A stretch of 57,621 nucleotides of DNA from Spirochaetia bacterium (GTDB lineage: Bacteria > Spirochaetota > Spirochaetia > Treponematales > Treponemataceae), in contig JALFAW010000309.1 of the NCBI GenBank assembly GCA_022773305.1, positions 1-57,621 on the forward strand, read 5' to 3'. The first letter of the stretch is position 1. The number at the start of each line of letters is the position of its first letter. Positions 38,217-47,506 of the stretch are shown piece after piece. The notes beneath the pieces are model-generated. The model ran no database searches and had not been told where the DNA came from. It saw only the letters and a list, made by a program, of their open reading frames with translations. A program made the translations under genes and the position numbers.

Positions 38217-39391
38217 CTAAGTCCAGATAATGCTTTTCTGGCGGCAGACAGTATTGACTCATCATAATCAAGGTAAGTTACAGCAAGAAGTGAATCAAAA
38301 GCTGACTTATCACCAATAGCACCCAAAATTTTAATCACAGACAATACAATTGCAGAAGAAACATCCGTTTCATTCTCTTTTTGTCTGTTGAGTTCTTCAA
38401 GATATGCTGTAAGAGGAATCACAGCATCAACTGGTGAAACATTGCTCAAACAATTGATAACACTTTCAAACTGAGTTTCAGTCATCAAATTCTGATTATA
38501 AATTTTCTTTGCAAATTGAAAATACGAAACAGCCACTAATGATGCACGAGTCCATTTATTATCAGATAAGTTGTTCAATGCTTCAAGTTGAACTAAAATA
38601 TCCTCCTGCGAAACAAAAGAAGAACTACCTAATAATAATATAGACTTAGATATCACTTTTTCGGAAACATCACAGATATAATTTTTCGAAATTTTTGAAT
38701 TTTTTTTAATTATTTTAAAAATTTGTGATAAATCTTTGACATCTGCTGTTTCCAAAAGTCCGATTATTTCATTTTGAGAAATGAATGCCAAAGAAACTAG
38801 AGTGTTTTCAATTTCATTTTTTATATTGGAATAATCCTTATCATTTAAAACACTATATAAAATCAAGAAAGTTTCACTATTTCCAATTAGTTGTAATGTA
38901 TTCAAAACAGATTTTATTACACTTTCATCAGTCTTTTTTATTTCTTGTGATTTCAAAAAAAAGTTTAGCGTTTCAACAAATTGTCTGTCCTGCATATATT
39001 CATATAAACTGGAATATTTTGTCAAAGTAGCGATGGCAACGGTATTACTTTCAAAAAATTTGTTAAAAAGATTAATAAATTGAGAAACAATGATAGATTT
39101 TTGAGAATCATTTGCATTTTTTATGTAATCTGGAGAAATTGAAAGGATTGCCGCAACTGCAAGGCCTTCAAGTTCCCTGTCGTTTCCAAGCAGATCCTTA
39201 TTTTCGAGTGAAAAATCAATAGCTTTGAGTGCCAGCAAAATTGATTCTGCTCCAGAAGCTTCCCGCACCGCTGAAGTTTTTTCAGAAATATTTCCTTTTA
39301 TAAATTTTATCAACTTTTCATTATCAGGATTTTGAGCACACAAAAAAAGAATGTGAGAAAAAATAATTAACAAAAATGCAATTTTTTTCAA
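38210..39391 (-). CDS. Exported HEAT-repeat-like protein
   Basis: Signal peptide; helical repeats, e.g. VIKILGAIGDKSAFDSLL..AARKAL. Confidence 0.7.
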   Translation of the reverse strand: MKKIAFLLIIFSHILFLCAQNPDNEKLIKFIKGNISEKTSAVREASGAESILLALKAIDFSLENKDLLGNDRELEGLAVAAILSISPDYIKNANDSQKSIIVSQFINLFNKFFESNTVAIATLTKYSSLYEYMQDRQFVETLNFFLKSQEIKKTDESVIKSVLNTLQLIGNSETFLILYSVLNDKDYSNIKNEIENTLVSLAFISQNEIIGLLETADVKDLSQIFKIIKKNSKISKNYICDVSEKVISKSILLLGSSSFVSQEDILVQLEALNNLSDNKWTRASLVAVSYFQFAKKIYNQNLMTETQFESVINCLSNVSPVDAVIPLTAYLEELNRQKENETDVSSAIVLSVIKILGAIGDKSAFDSLLAVTYLDYDESILSAARKALSGLRW

Positions 39392-39418
39392 ATTAATACC
39401 TCATTATAAAAAAAATAA

Positions 39419-40684
39419 TCAATTATATTTGAATTCTACAGTTTCCCCATAATTCATATTTTGTTCATTATCATAAACATTTTCATTTTGTTTTTTTTCT
39501 ATGTTGATGTCTTTTTCATTTTCAAAAGCCAATTGCTTTTCAGTAGTTGACTCATCATCAGCATTTATTTTTTGCTCATTAGTAGTTTCTTTTTTGTTTT
39601 GCTGACTACCAGTTTCCAAAATGTTCGATTCATTTCCTAACTCATTTTTGGAATCATCTTCCGTCTGTCTTATTGCTTCTAAAACTTCTTTTTCATTTTC
39701 TGGAAGCATATTGTATACAAAAGCAAGAACTTCGTTTTTCATGCTCTGTTCAATTTGTGTACATTCAAAATGAAGAAGTGATTGATTTTTTTCAATATTA
39801 TATTCAACTTTTCTAACAATTCCATTCATAATAATCAATTTATTTTTGATAGAAAACTGAAGTTTGATTTTTATGTTTTCCCTTCCCTTTCCACCAATTT
39901 TGATTAAAGCTCCAGATTCGGATATATCTTGAAGAAGGCAACGAAAGCCATTTTTAGATTCAATTATCTGTTCATTATTATCTGATTTTTTTATAAAAAA
40001 TAAATCAGCATAAATTTCGCATTTTGCACGCACAGAACGTCTTTTTTGAGTTCTTGTAAGATTATATGAATGTTTGACATAAAGCGTAGATTTTCCAAGA
40101 TAAATTCCTGTCTGTTCGACAACTGTATCAAAAACGTATTGAGCATCTCCTTTACGCCAAAAATAAACATTTATTACTTTTCCGACCCAATCTTCTGCAC
40201 TGATTGTTATCATGTCATTTTTTTTTGGAATTGAAATAATTAACAATTTTCCATTATTAATAACTTGAGATGCAAAAACACCTTTACCAGGAAGAATAAT
40301 TCTAAGTCTTTGCCCGCTGTCCAATGTTTCTGTTGAAGTAAGACCTTTTTTATCATCAGATTCATTTTGAATTTTAGTTCGGTAATCAAATAGTTTTGAA
40401 AGAAGAGTTTGATATTTTGGTGAGTCAATCTGATTATCAGCTGATGCTTGATTTGTAATCTGACTCATACACTTTGTCAAAGCCGGCAATGAGAAAAAAA
40501 GAGTTGTAGGTTCATCTAATTCACAAATTTGTGACACATTCCATAAAAGATGCGTGTCGGATATAGAAAAACCTGCATCTATTCCAGTAATAAAAAATTT
40601 GATTTTTATTTTATAAATTGAATATACAAATGCAAAAAATAAGAGAACTAATGATATAATTATGATTGTAATTACAGTATACAT
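39419..40684 (-). CDS. Membrane-anchored PilZ-domain (YcgR/flagellar-brake-like) c-di-GMP effector
   Basis: N-terminal TM; QKRRSVR (RxxxR) and DISESG (DxSxxG) PilZ motifs; acidic tail. Confidence 0.85.
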   Translation of the reverse strand: MYTVITIIIISLVLLFFAFVYSIYKIKIKFFITGIDAGFSISDTHLLWNVSQICELDEPTTLFFSLPALTKCMSQITNQASADNQIDSPKYQTLLSKLFDYRTKIQNESDDKKGLTSTETLDSGQRLRIILPGKGVFASQVINNGKLLIISIPKKNDMITISAEDWVGKVINVYFWRKGDAQYVFDTVVEQTGIYLGKSTLYVKHSYNLTRTQKRRSVRAKCEIYADLFFIKKSDNNEQIIESKNGFRCLLQDISESGALIKIGGKGRENIKIKLQFSIKNKLIIMNGIVRKVEYNIEKNQSLLHFECTQIEQSMKNEVLAFVYNMLPENEKEVLEAIRQTEDDSKNELGNESNILETGSQQNKKETTNEQKINADDESTTEKQLAFENEKDINIEKKQNENVYDNEQNMNYGETVEFKYN

Positions 40685-40714
40685 ATTTTCAAATTTGCAT
40701 AAATATTATAACAT

Positions 40715-41410
40715 ATGTGTATGAAAAAAAATACTTCATTTTTGCCTGATTTATTTATTTTTTTAGTGATTTTATGTTTTTTTTTGATTCCACCTTTTTT
40801 TTCACCGCATATTTCTGGGAATAATTCACCATTTTTGCAATGGTCTTTTCCTTTTCAACAAATTATTTATGCCATTTTATCTTTTTTTCTGTATTTTATA
40901 TACAAAAAAAGAATAACTAAAGAAAATGAAAACAAAATTAATAAAATTTTTAGATTTCCACTTATTTTTACTTTTTCAATTTTATTTTTTATCCAGTTGA
41001 TTTTTAAATTTATCAGCATGTCAAAAACTGTATTCTCACAAAATCAAAATACAATAATTCCTCAGATTAATGTTCTGCTTCCAGATTCTTTTATCACATG
41101 GTTATTTTGTATTTTAAATTTCTTATTTTCTGCTTTTTTTGAGGAAGTTATTTACAGATTTTATCTTCCAATGAGTCTTCATTCTTTTTTCAGCCAAAAA
41201 TCTCAAGAAAACAAAGCAGTTTTTATATTAATCGAAGTAATTTGTTCTTTATTTTTTGCTTTTTCGCATCTTTATCTAGGATTTCTTTCAGTTTTAAATG
41301 CTTTTTTTGCCCATTTAGTTTTGCGAACAAGTTTTTTAATCAGTAAGAACATTTATTGTAATACAGCAGCACATTTTCTTTATAACGTGATTTCTTTGAT
41401 TTTATTGTAA
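40715..41410 (+). CDS. CPBP (Abi/CAAX) intramembrane metalloprotease
   Basis: EEVIYR, FAFSH and HFLYN motifs in a multi-TM protein. Confidence 0.9.
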   Translation: MCMKKNTSFLPDLFIFLVILCFFLIPPFFSPHISGNNSPFLQWSFPFQQIIYAILSFFLYFIYKKRITKENENKINKIFRFPLIFTFSILFFIQLIFKFISMSKTVFSQNQNTIIPQINVLLPDSFITWLFCILNFLFSAFFEEVIYRFYLPMSLHSFFSQKSQENKAVFILIEVICSLFFAFSHLYLGFLSVLNAFFAHLVLRTSFLISKNIYCNTAAHFLYNVISLILL

Positions 41411-42324
41411 GTCCATAAACTGATTTGTGAATTGTACACAAACTTTTCGCCAACTTCATTCTGATAAACAGATTCAACTTGAACAAAAGAATTATCTTTT
41501 ATTTGAACTAAATTCAAATGAATCTGGTTTTTGTTTCCAAGTTCCAAGAAAATCTCCATTTTTGATTCAAACTTTTTTTCAGAATTTTCATTTTGAGTTT
41601 GAAAAGAGTTTTCATTTATTTGTTCATTTTGAAGATTTTTATAATCTGAAATAAATCCGCCGTGTCTCAAATCTAAAAGTTTCTGTAAGTCTGAAAAAAT
41701 ATACATTTTATCATCAAAAATGACATAGTTTTTTTGAATGTCAGAAACCTTAATTTTCCCAAAAACGTTTTGTGAAATCAATGAAGAATCACACCAAAAT
41801 TGAACAGAAGTTGTCAAATATTTATCCATAAAGTTTGAAATTTCATAAATATCCGTTGATTTTCCAGACATTACAAATCTTGATGATAAAGAAAAATCTT
41901 GAGCTCCGAAGTAAATTTCATATATTTTGTCTTTGTATGTGTATTTAAACTGAATATATCCTGGTTTTAATATCATAAATGAATTATTTTCTGTGAAAGT
42001 GTCTGAAATTTTATACATATTAACAACTCCACTTGCAGTTTTAAAAAAATCTTTTATTATTGTTGATTCTGCTGGAAGCTTTTGAATATTATTTTCATAA
42101 TTCTTGTGGATTTCCCAAACAGTTCCGTTTTTTTGAAAAATAAGTTTTTCTTTATCACCATCAAACAATTCAAAATATTCAATTTCATTTACATAAGAAG
42201 GATTTATTAATGTAGATTTTAACGATTTCCTCTTATCACTTCTTTGAAAAATAAAAGAAAAAACATAAAGAAATATCAAAATAACAATTATAATATATAA
42301 ATATTTATTTTTTATTTTTAACAT
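41380..42324 (-). CDS. DUF4340-like membrane-anchored accessory protein of the ABC system
   Basis: N-terminal TM, ..KNGTVWEI..LPA pattern, position after the GldG-like gene. Confidence 0.6.
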   Translation of the reverse strand: MLKIKNKYLYIIIVILIFLYVFSFIFQRSDKRKSLKSTLINPSYVNEIEYFELFDGDKEKLIFQKNGTVWEIHKNYENNIQKLPAESTIIKDFFKTASGVVNMYKISDTFTENNSFMILKPGYIQFKYTYKDKIYEIYFGAQDFSLSSRFVMSGKSTDIYEISNFMDKYLTTSVQFWCDSSLISQNVFGKIKVSDIQKNYVIFDDKMYIFSDLQKLLDLRHGGFISDYKNLQNEQINENSFQTQNENSEKKFESKMEIFLELGNKNQIHLNLVQIKDNSFVQVESVYQNEVGEKFVYNSQISLWTYNKIKEITL

Positions 42325-44557
42325 TCACAAAGACTCCAAAAAGCAAAATAATAGCTGGTATAACAGCAAAAAGAAAAATAAAAACAATATTTCGTTTTTT
42401 TAAAAAATCAAAATTATCAGCGACTTTATATAATGACGTATCTTTTGAAATTTTTCCTTGAATCTGAGCAAGTTGTTCTTCTCCATTTAATTTTAAAAGA
42501 GCATTTGTAATTACTTCATAATTCCTGTAATCACCAGTTTGACCACCAATATAACTTGTCATTAAAGAATTTACAAAATATTGATCAGAAATCACAATAA
42601 TTTTTGCATCTTCTCTGGTAAGATTATTGTAAAGTCCTGAAATTTGACCTTCAATTAATGCGCCAAAAACATTTGTTTTTTTAGTCATTTCAGAAAGATT
42701 AATAGTTTCCAAAATGAAGGGATTTGTCTCAAAAAGATTGTCCTGGCTGGAATTATCAGCATTAAAATTAAAGGCAAGCGGACTTGAAAGCAGGTAAGAC
42801 TTTGCATTGCCACTTATTTCAAGCGGTACCGGCCAGAAAACAGTTGCTCCCAAAGATGCATTTTCCTGACTCAAAAGATTTGGCCACAAATAATAATTGA
42901 TATACCGGCTTTCAGTTTCATCATCACTTGTCATAGTAATTCTAGCACAACTAATATCACCTGAAATCTTATGAGGAAAAAGACAACCGAAGTGTTCAAG
43001 CATTTCGATAATATTTGTTTTGGAATTGTAAGTTACAGACCAGTCTTGTTCAATATTTACACTAAAAGGAGAAACTGTAAAAAGTGCATTTCCTTTTCCA
43101 GAAAGAATATAATCTTCGATAGCAATTGCATTTTCTACATTTATATTACTGTCACCAATCACAAAAAGAGGACCAGAACAATTATTTAAAATCGAAATAA
43201 ATAAAGGATCTTCAACAAAAACAGGATTACAGTTAAATCCTTGCGAAGAAAGCCATGGAATTACATAATTGTAATCTTCAGAAAGCGTCATTCCATTTCC
43301 AATAATAATATTAACTGTTCTTTTATATCCTGACAGTAAAGATTTTATGCGGATATCTAAATCATACTCAAGAGAATTTGCTTCCATAGTAAACGGAATG
43401 ATTTCCATATTTCCCTGATATTCCAAGACTATAGCAGAATAAACACTTATAAAATTAGTTGAAGTACTTGAAACAGTCCGCATCTGCTGAGATTTTATTC
43501 CATAATTTTGCAATAATTCCCTAGTTTGCTCATTTCTGTCAGGATCTTTGATAATCAGCCTGATTTTTTTACTTTCCTGAGCAAAATCTACAAGGTAATC
43601 TTTAACATCCCTAATCTGCGGATAAAGTTTTGAAAGATTTGAAGAACAGTAATATGTGATTGTTAAAGGCTCATTCACTTTTTTTATCAAAGCTTTTGAA
43701 AATTCTGATACAGAAAAAGTTTTATTTTTTGAAAAATCAATTCTTTTAAACCATCTGCTGCCATTCAAGACTACAAGTAAGCAAACTGCAACAATTGAGA
43801 TAACTCTTTTTTTTTCAGAAACAGAAAAACATTTTCCTTTCTGTAAATTTTTTATAAAATCAGTTAAAAATAAGAATAAAAAGGAAACGCAGGTAAACCA
43901 GATAAAATCTCTTGTATCAAAAATTCCTTTTCCAGCCGCATCAAAATGCCATGCAAAACTTATGCTTTTGCAAAACGATTGGATAAAATCAGGCAACTGC
44001 ACATAAATTGCAAAAAGATGTGAACAGTTAAATACAAAAAGAATCAAAACAGAAACTAAAAGAAATGGTATTTTTGAAGAAAAAAGAGATTCTACAAAAG
44101 AACAGATTGAAATAGTACATGCACCATAAAAAATCAGACAAAAAAAACAAGTCAAAAGCTGCCCATAATCAATAGAACCAAAAAGATTTAAAAGAAAAAC
44201 TGCTGGCAGAATAAGAAATATCTGAATTACAAACAAGCATAACCGAGCAATAAAAATAATCAAAATCTTATCAAATGATTCAATTGGCACAAAATCATCA
44301 TAAACACAAAAAGATTGCGGAAAACAAATAAGCGGAATCGCAAAAATGCAAAAATAAGGAGTGACGCTAAAAAAAAGAAGCAAATCTGTTGAACCACTTC
44401 CTGCAAAAAACTGACCTTTTATATAAAAATTCAGACTAAACAAAAGAGGTAAAATAATACTCAGAATAATATAAAAAACAGAACGCAAACTACAAAAAAA
44501 ATAATTATTAAAGAATGCTTTTTTTATGTAAAAATCTTTCATACCAACCAAAATCAT
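42305..44557 (-). CDS. Fused ABC-2 permease (GldF-like) and GldG/ABC auxiliary domain
   Basis: N-terminal ~6 TM ending HFDAAGKGIFDTRDF, then RIDFSKNKTFSVSEFS..PLTITYY..LEYDL (GldG N-terminus), IIVISDQYF, C-terminal TM. Confidence 0.8.
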   Translation of the reverse strand: MILVGMKDFYIKKAFFNNYFFCSLRSVFYIILSIILPLLFSLNFYIKGQFFAGSGSTDLLLFFSVTPYFCIFAIPLICFPQSFCVYDDFVPIESFDKILIIFIARLCLFVIQIFLILPAVFLLNLFGSIDYGQLLTCFFCLIFYGACTISICSFVESLFSSKIPFLLVSVLILFVFNCSHLFAIYVQLPDFIQSFCKSISFAWHFDAAGKGIFDTRDFIWFTCVSFLFLFLTDFIKNLQKGKCFSVSEKKRVISIVAVCLLVVLNGSRWFKRIDFSKNKTFSVSEFSKALIKKVNEPLTITYYCSSNLSKLYPQIRDVKDYLVDFAQESKKIRLIIKDPDRNEQTRELLQNYGIKSQQMRTVSSTSTNFISVYSAIVLEYQGNMEIIPFTMEANSLEYDLDIRIKSLLSGYKRTVNIIIGNGMTLSEDYNYVIPWLSSQGFNCNPVFVEDPLFISILNNCSGPLFVIGDSNINVENAIAIEDYILSGKGNALFTVSPFSVNIEQDWSVTYNSKTNIIEMLEHFGCLFPHKISGDISCARITMTSDDETESRYINYYLWPNLLSQENASLGATVFWPVPLEISGNAKSYLLSSPLAFNFNADNSSQDNLFETNPFILETINLSEMTKKTNVFGALIEGQISGLYNNLTREDAKIIVISDQYFVNSLMTSYIGGQTGDYRNYEVITNALLKLNGEEQLAQIQGKISKDTSLYKVADNFDFLKKRNIVFIFLFAVIPAIILLFGVFVNVKNKK

Positions 44558-45318
44558 ATATTTGTTTTTGAACTAAGTTTTAAAAATGCACTTTCAAGCG
44601 AATTACAGTTTTCCTTTTCCAAAATGTCACGTTCACTTCCAGAACCAACAATTTTTCCATCACTTAAAATGTAAAGATAAGAACACAATGAAGCAATTTC
44701 AGAAAGAATGTGCGTTGAAATCAAAACAGCTTTTTCAGCGGAAAGTTTTTTTATCAGTTCACGGATTTGAATTATCTGGGCAGGATCAAGTCCCGAAAAA
44801 GGTTCATCCAAAATCAAATTCTTAGGATTAAAAATCAAAGCCTGTGCAAAAGAAACCCGCTGTTTTTGCCCTTTTGAAAGATATTTTATTTTTTTATGAA
44901 CAAGATTCTCCAGCGAACACTGCTTTATAACAGTTTGAAAGCAAACTTCCAGATCTTTTTCTAAAACGCCATGGGATTTTCCAGCAAAAAACAAAAAATC
45001 AGATACAGTCATATCAAAAGGGAGATACGGATTTTCGGGAACATAACCAATTTTTCCAATATTCAAGTCTTCCTGCATAGAAAAGTTTTCAACATCATTC
45101 AAAACTGGGAAATCTTTATCACTGTCACTAAAAACTTTAATGCTCCCTTTTGTTGCAAAATGAAACCCGCAGATTGCTTTAATCAAAGTGGTCTTTCCTG
45201 AGCCATTTGGACCAATCAAACCAGTAATAATTCCGTCTGCAATTTTCATATTAACATTTTCAACTGCAAAATCTTTCGCATGAGGATATTTTTTTGAAAA
45301 AGACACAACTTCAATCAT
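44554..45318 (-). CDS. ABC transporter ATP-binding protein (GldA/CcmA-like)
   Basis: GPNGSGKT, GYVPE, LSKGQKQRV, ILDEPFSGLDP, STHIL. Confidence 0.93.
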   Translation of the reverse strand: MIEVVSFSKKYPHAKDFAVENVNMKIADGIITGLIGPNGSGKTTLIKAICGFHFATKGSIKVFSDSDKDFPVLNDVENFSMQEDLNIGKIGYVPENPYLPFDMTVSDFLFFAGKSHGVLEKDLEVCFQTVIKQCSLENLVHKKIKYLSKGQKQRVSFAQALIFNPKNLILDEPFSGLDPAQIIQIRELIKKLSAEKAVLISTHILSEIASLCSYLYILSDGKIVGSGSERDILEKENCNSLESAFLKLSSKTNI

Positions 45319-45335
45319 AAAAAATTATAAAAAAT

Positions 45336-46262
45336 TTAATCTTCGTAAGGAATATCAATCTGCATCCTGTCGTGCGATAGTTCTGCTTTCGGCCATACCG
45401 ATTGAGCTTCTTCTAATAAAATATGAAGTTCTTTGTCTGTGTATCTTGGACTGTAATGAATCATACACATCCTTTTTACATCAGCTTCTTTTGCAATAGT
45501 TGCCGCCTGCATAGCTGTCATATGCTTTTTTTCCTTAGCCTGGTCAAGCAAAGCATTTTCGAACATTCCTTCGCAAATCAGCAAATCAGAACCACGAACT
45601 TCATCAATAATAGAACGTTTAAAAAGCGTATCGGTTACAAAAGAAAATTTTCTTCCTGAACGCTTTTCGCCAAGAACCTGTTCTGGTTTTACAATTGAAC
45701 CATCAGTTGCAGTCACTTCAAAACCATTTTGAAGCTGAGACCACAATGGACCACAAGGAACATTAAGTTCACGCGCTTTCTGAGGATTAAACTCACCAGG
45801 TCTGTCCAATTCTTCAAGCGTATATCCAACACAAGTTTTAGTATGCTCAAGAGGAAATGCACGAATGTAAAAATCCTTCCCGGAATGAACAACGCAGGGT
45901 GCAGTAATTTCCTGAACAATAATCGGATAATTAATATACATATCCAAAACTTTTCTGCTTGATTCAATATATTCTTTGATTTTCGGAGGACCGTAAATAT
46001 AAAGCGGTTCAGTGCGTTCAACTTGAGCAGAAAGCATCAGAATACCAGGCAAACCGGTAACATGATCTGCATGAGTATGAGATACAAAAATTGCATCAAT
46101 CTTTTTCCATTTCAGATTGAGCCTTCGTAAACTAATCTGCGTTCCTTCTCCACCGTCAAATAAAAATAAATCGCCGTCCCGTCTGAGCAGAACCGAAGTC
46201 AAATGTCTGTAAGGTAAAGGCATCATTCCGCCACAACCAAGAATAAAAGCTTCCATATTCAT
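45336..46262 (-). CDS. rnz: Ribonuclease Z
   Basis: LGCGGMMP, DGGEGTQ, HTHADH, exosite PCGP, TDT, HYSPRY. Confidence 0.95.
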   Translation of the reverse strand: MNMEAFILGCGGMMPLPYRHLTSVLLRRDGDLFLFDGGEGTQISLRRLNLKWKKIDAIFVSHTHADHVTGLPGILMLSAQVERTEPLYIYGPPKIKEYIESSRKVLDMYINYPIIVQEITAPCVVHSGKDFYIRAFPLEHTKTCVGYTLEELDRPGEFNPQKARELNVPCGPLWSQLQNGFEVTATDGSIVKPEQVLGEKRSGRKFSFVTDTLFKRSIIDEVRGSDLLICEGMFENALLDQAKEKKHMTAMQAATIAKEADVKRMCMIHYSPRYTDKELHILLEEAQSVWPKAELSHDRMQIDIPYED

Positions 46263-46298
46263 AAAAATTATTTTATCAGAAAAATAAAAAAAAATGAA

Positions 46299-46431
46299 CA
46301 GGATTTAAGTTTTAAAATTTCAGCTGAATTCAGTTTTCCAACTCACCTTTCACAGTTCGCTCACGCTCAGTCCTTCGGACTCGACTTCGTCGACTGTTCA
46401 AGCTGAGGAACGCTGTTATAATAAAACCCTG
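46299..46431. other. Structured intergenic element (branched stem with cGAAg triloop hairpins)
   Basis: Nested complementarity 46331-39/46407-15, 46342-50/46400-07 and 46352-56/46393-97, enclosing AGTCC-TTC-GGACT and CGAC-TTC-GTCG. Confidence 0.65.
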
Positions 46432-46460
46432 CAGAAAACTCAGTAGTCTGGCGAAATCAC

Positions 46461-47408
46461 TTATTTGAGCACATCAGAAAGCCACTGCAATACATCTTTT
46501 TCAACAGTTTCTTTATCATCTTCATTGAAAATCTCGTGACGGTCATTTTCATAACCTTTTATCTGAAGATTTTTTACACCATTTTTCTGATATATATCAT
46601 AAAGTTTTTCAATTGTTTTTCCGTATCCACCTACAGGATCTTCTTTTCCATAAATGAAAAAAACTGGAAGTTCTGCAGGAACTGCTTTCATGTTTTTCTT
46701 TTTGTGAATTGTACTCAAAGCTGTAGTAATATCAACAAAAAAGGAAACTGTCAGTGGGAAACCGCACCATTTATCCATTGCATAGATTTGACGGTTCAAT
46801 TCATTTAAAGAAATCCAGTCATCAGCAGTTTGTGGATTTGGAATGTGTTTGTTATAAGAACCGAAAGTAAGTTTTGTAAGGAATTTTGAAGTAGCGTCAG
46901 GACCTTTAAATGCACGAACAATTTTTGCCACTATTTTTCCAACTGGTGCAAGAGGAATCTGAGGACCTGAAGTTCCGCACAAAATACATCCGTCTATTTT
47001 TGTTCCATATTTTTCAATATATCTTTGCGAAATGAACGAACCAAAAGAATGACCAAGCAGCACAATTTTTTTATCAGGAAAATCTTTTTTTAAAGATTCA
47101 ATAATAAAAGCTAAATCTTCAACAGCAGTTTCAAAACCATTTTTTCTTGCTAACTGACCAAAACGACCTTCACCTTTTGCAATTGCAGTTTCAGCAGTTT
47201 TTCCGTGACCTCTCATATCATAAGCATTTAAAACATAGCCGTTTTCAGCAAGTACAGAACCCAGTCTGTCATAACGCATAGAATGTTCTGCAAGCCCATG
47301 ATGCAGTTGAACAACACCTTTAATATCTTCCGGGGTATCAGGTTCCCATCTGTTCAAAAAAATCTCACATCCATCATTCATTTTTAGAGAAAAACTATTC
47401 ACTTTCAT
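46461..47408 (-). CDS. Alpha/beta hydrolase (lysophospholipase/monoacylglycerol lipase-like)
   Basis: HGLAEH, DMRGHG, GHSFG nucleophile elbow, EDPV, RHEIFNE. Confidence 0.92.
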   Translation of the reverse strand: MKVNSFSLKMNDGCEIFLNRWEPDTPEDIKGVVQLHHGLAEHSMRYDRLGSVLAENGYVLNAYDMRGHGKTAETAIAKGEGRFGQLARKNGFETAVEDLAFIIESLKKDFPDKKIVLLGHSFGSFISQRYIEKYGTKIDGCILCGTSGPQIPLAPVGKIVAKIVRAFKGPDATSKFLTKLTFGSYNKHIPNPQTADDWISLNELNRQIYAMDKWCGFPLTVSFFVDITTALSTIHKKKNMKAVPAELPVFFIYGKEDPVGGYGKTIEKLYDIYQKNGVKNLQIKGYENDRHEIFNEDDKETVEKDVLQWLSDVLK

Positions 47409-47506
47409 AAGCTACCTCTGATTTATTTCTATTAAATATAACCTATTACAACTCAACTTTCCAGTATTTTCTTGAGCAATCTGTCATATTTTGTTAAACT
47501 TATTCT

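Noticed and set aside
40715-41410. Abortive-infection phage defence gene
   Set aside because: The 'Abi' label of the CPBP family is historical; motifs indicate an intramembrane protease and there is no defence context.
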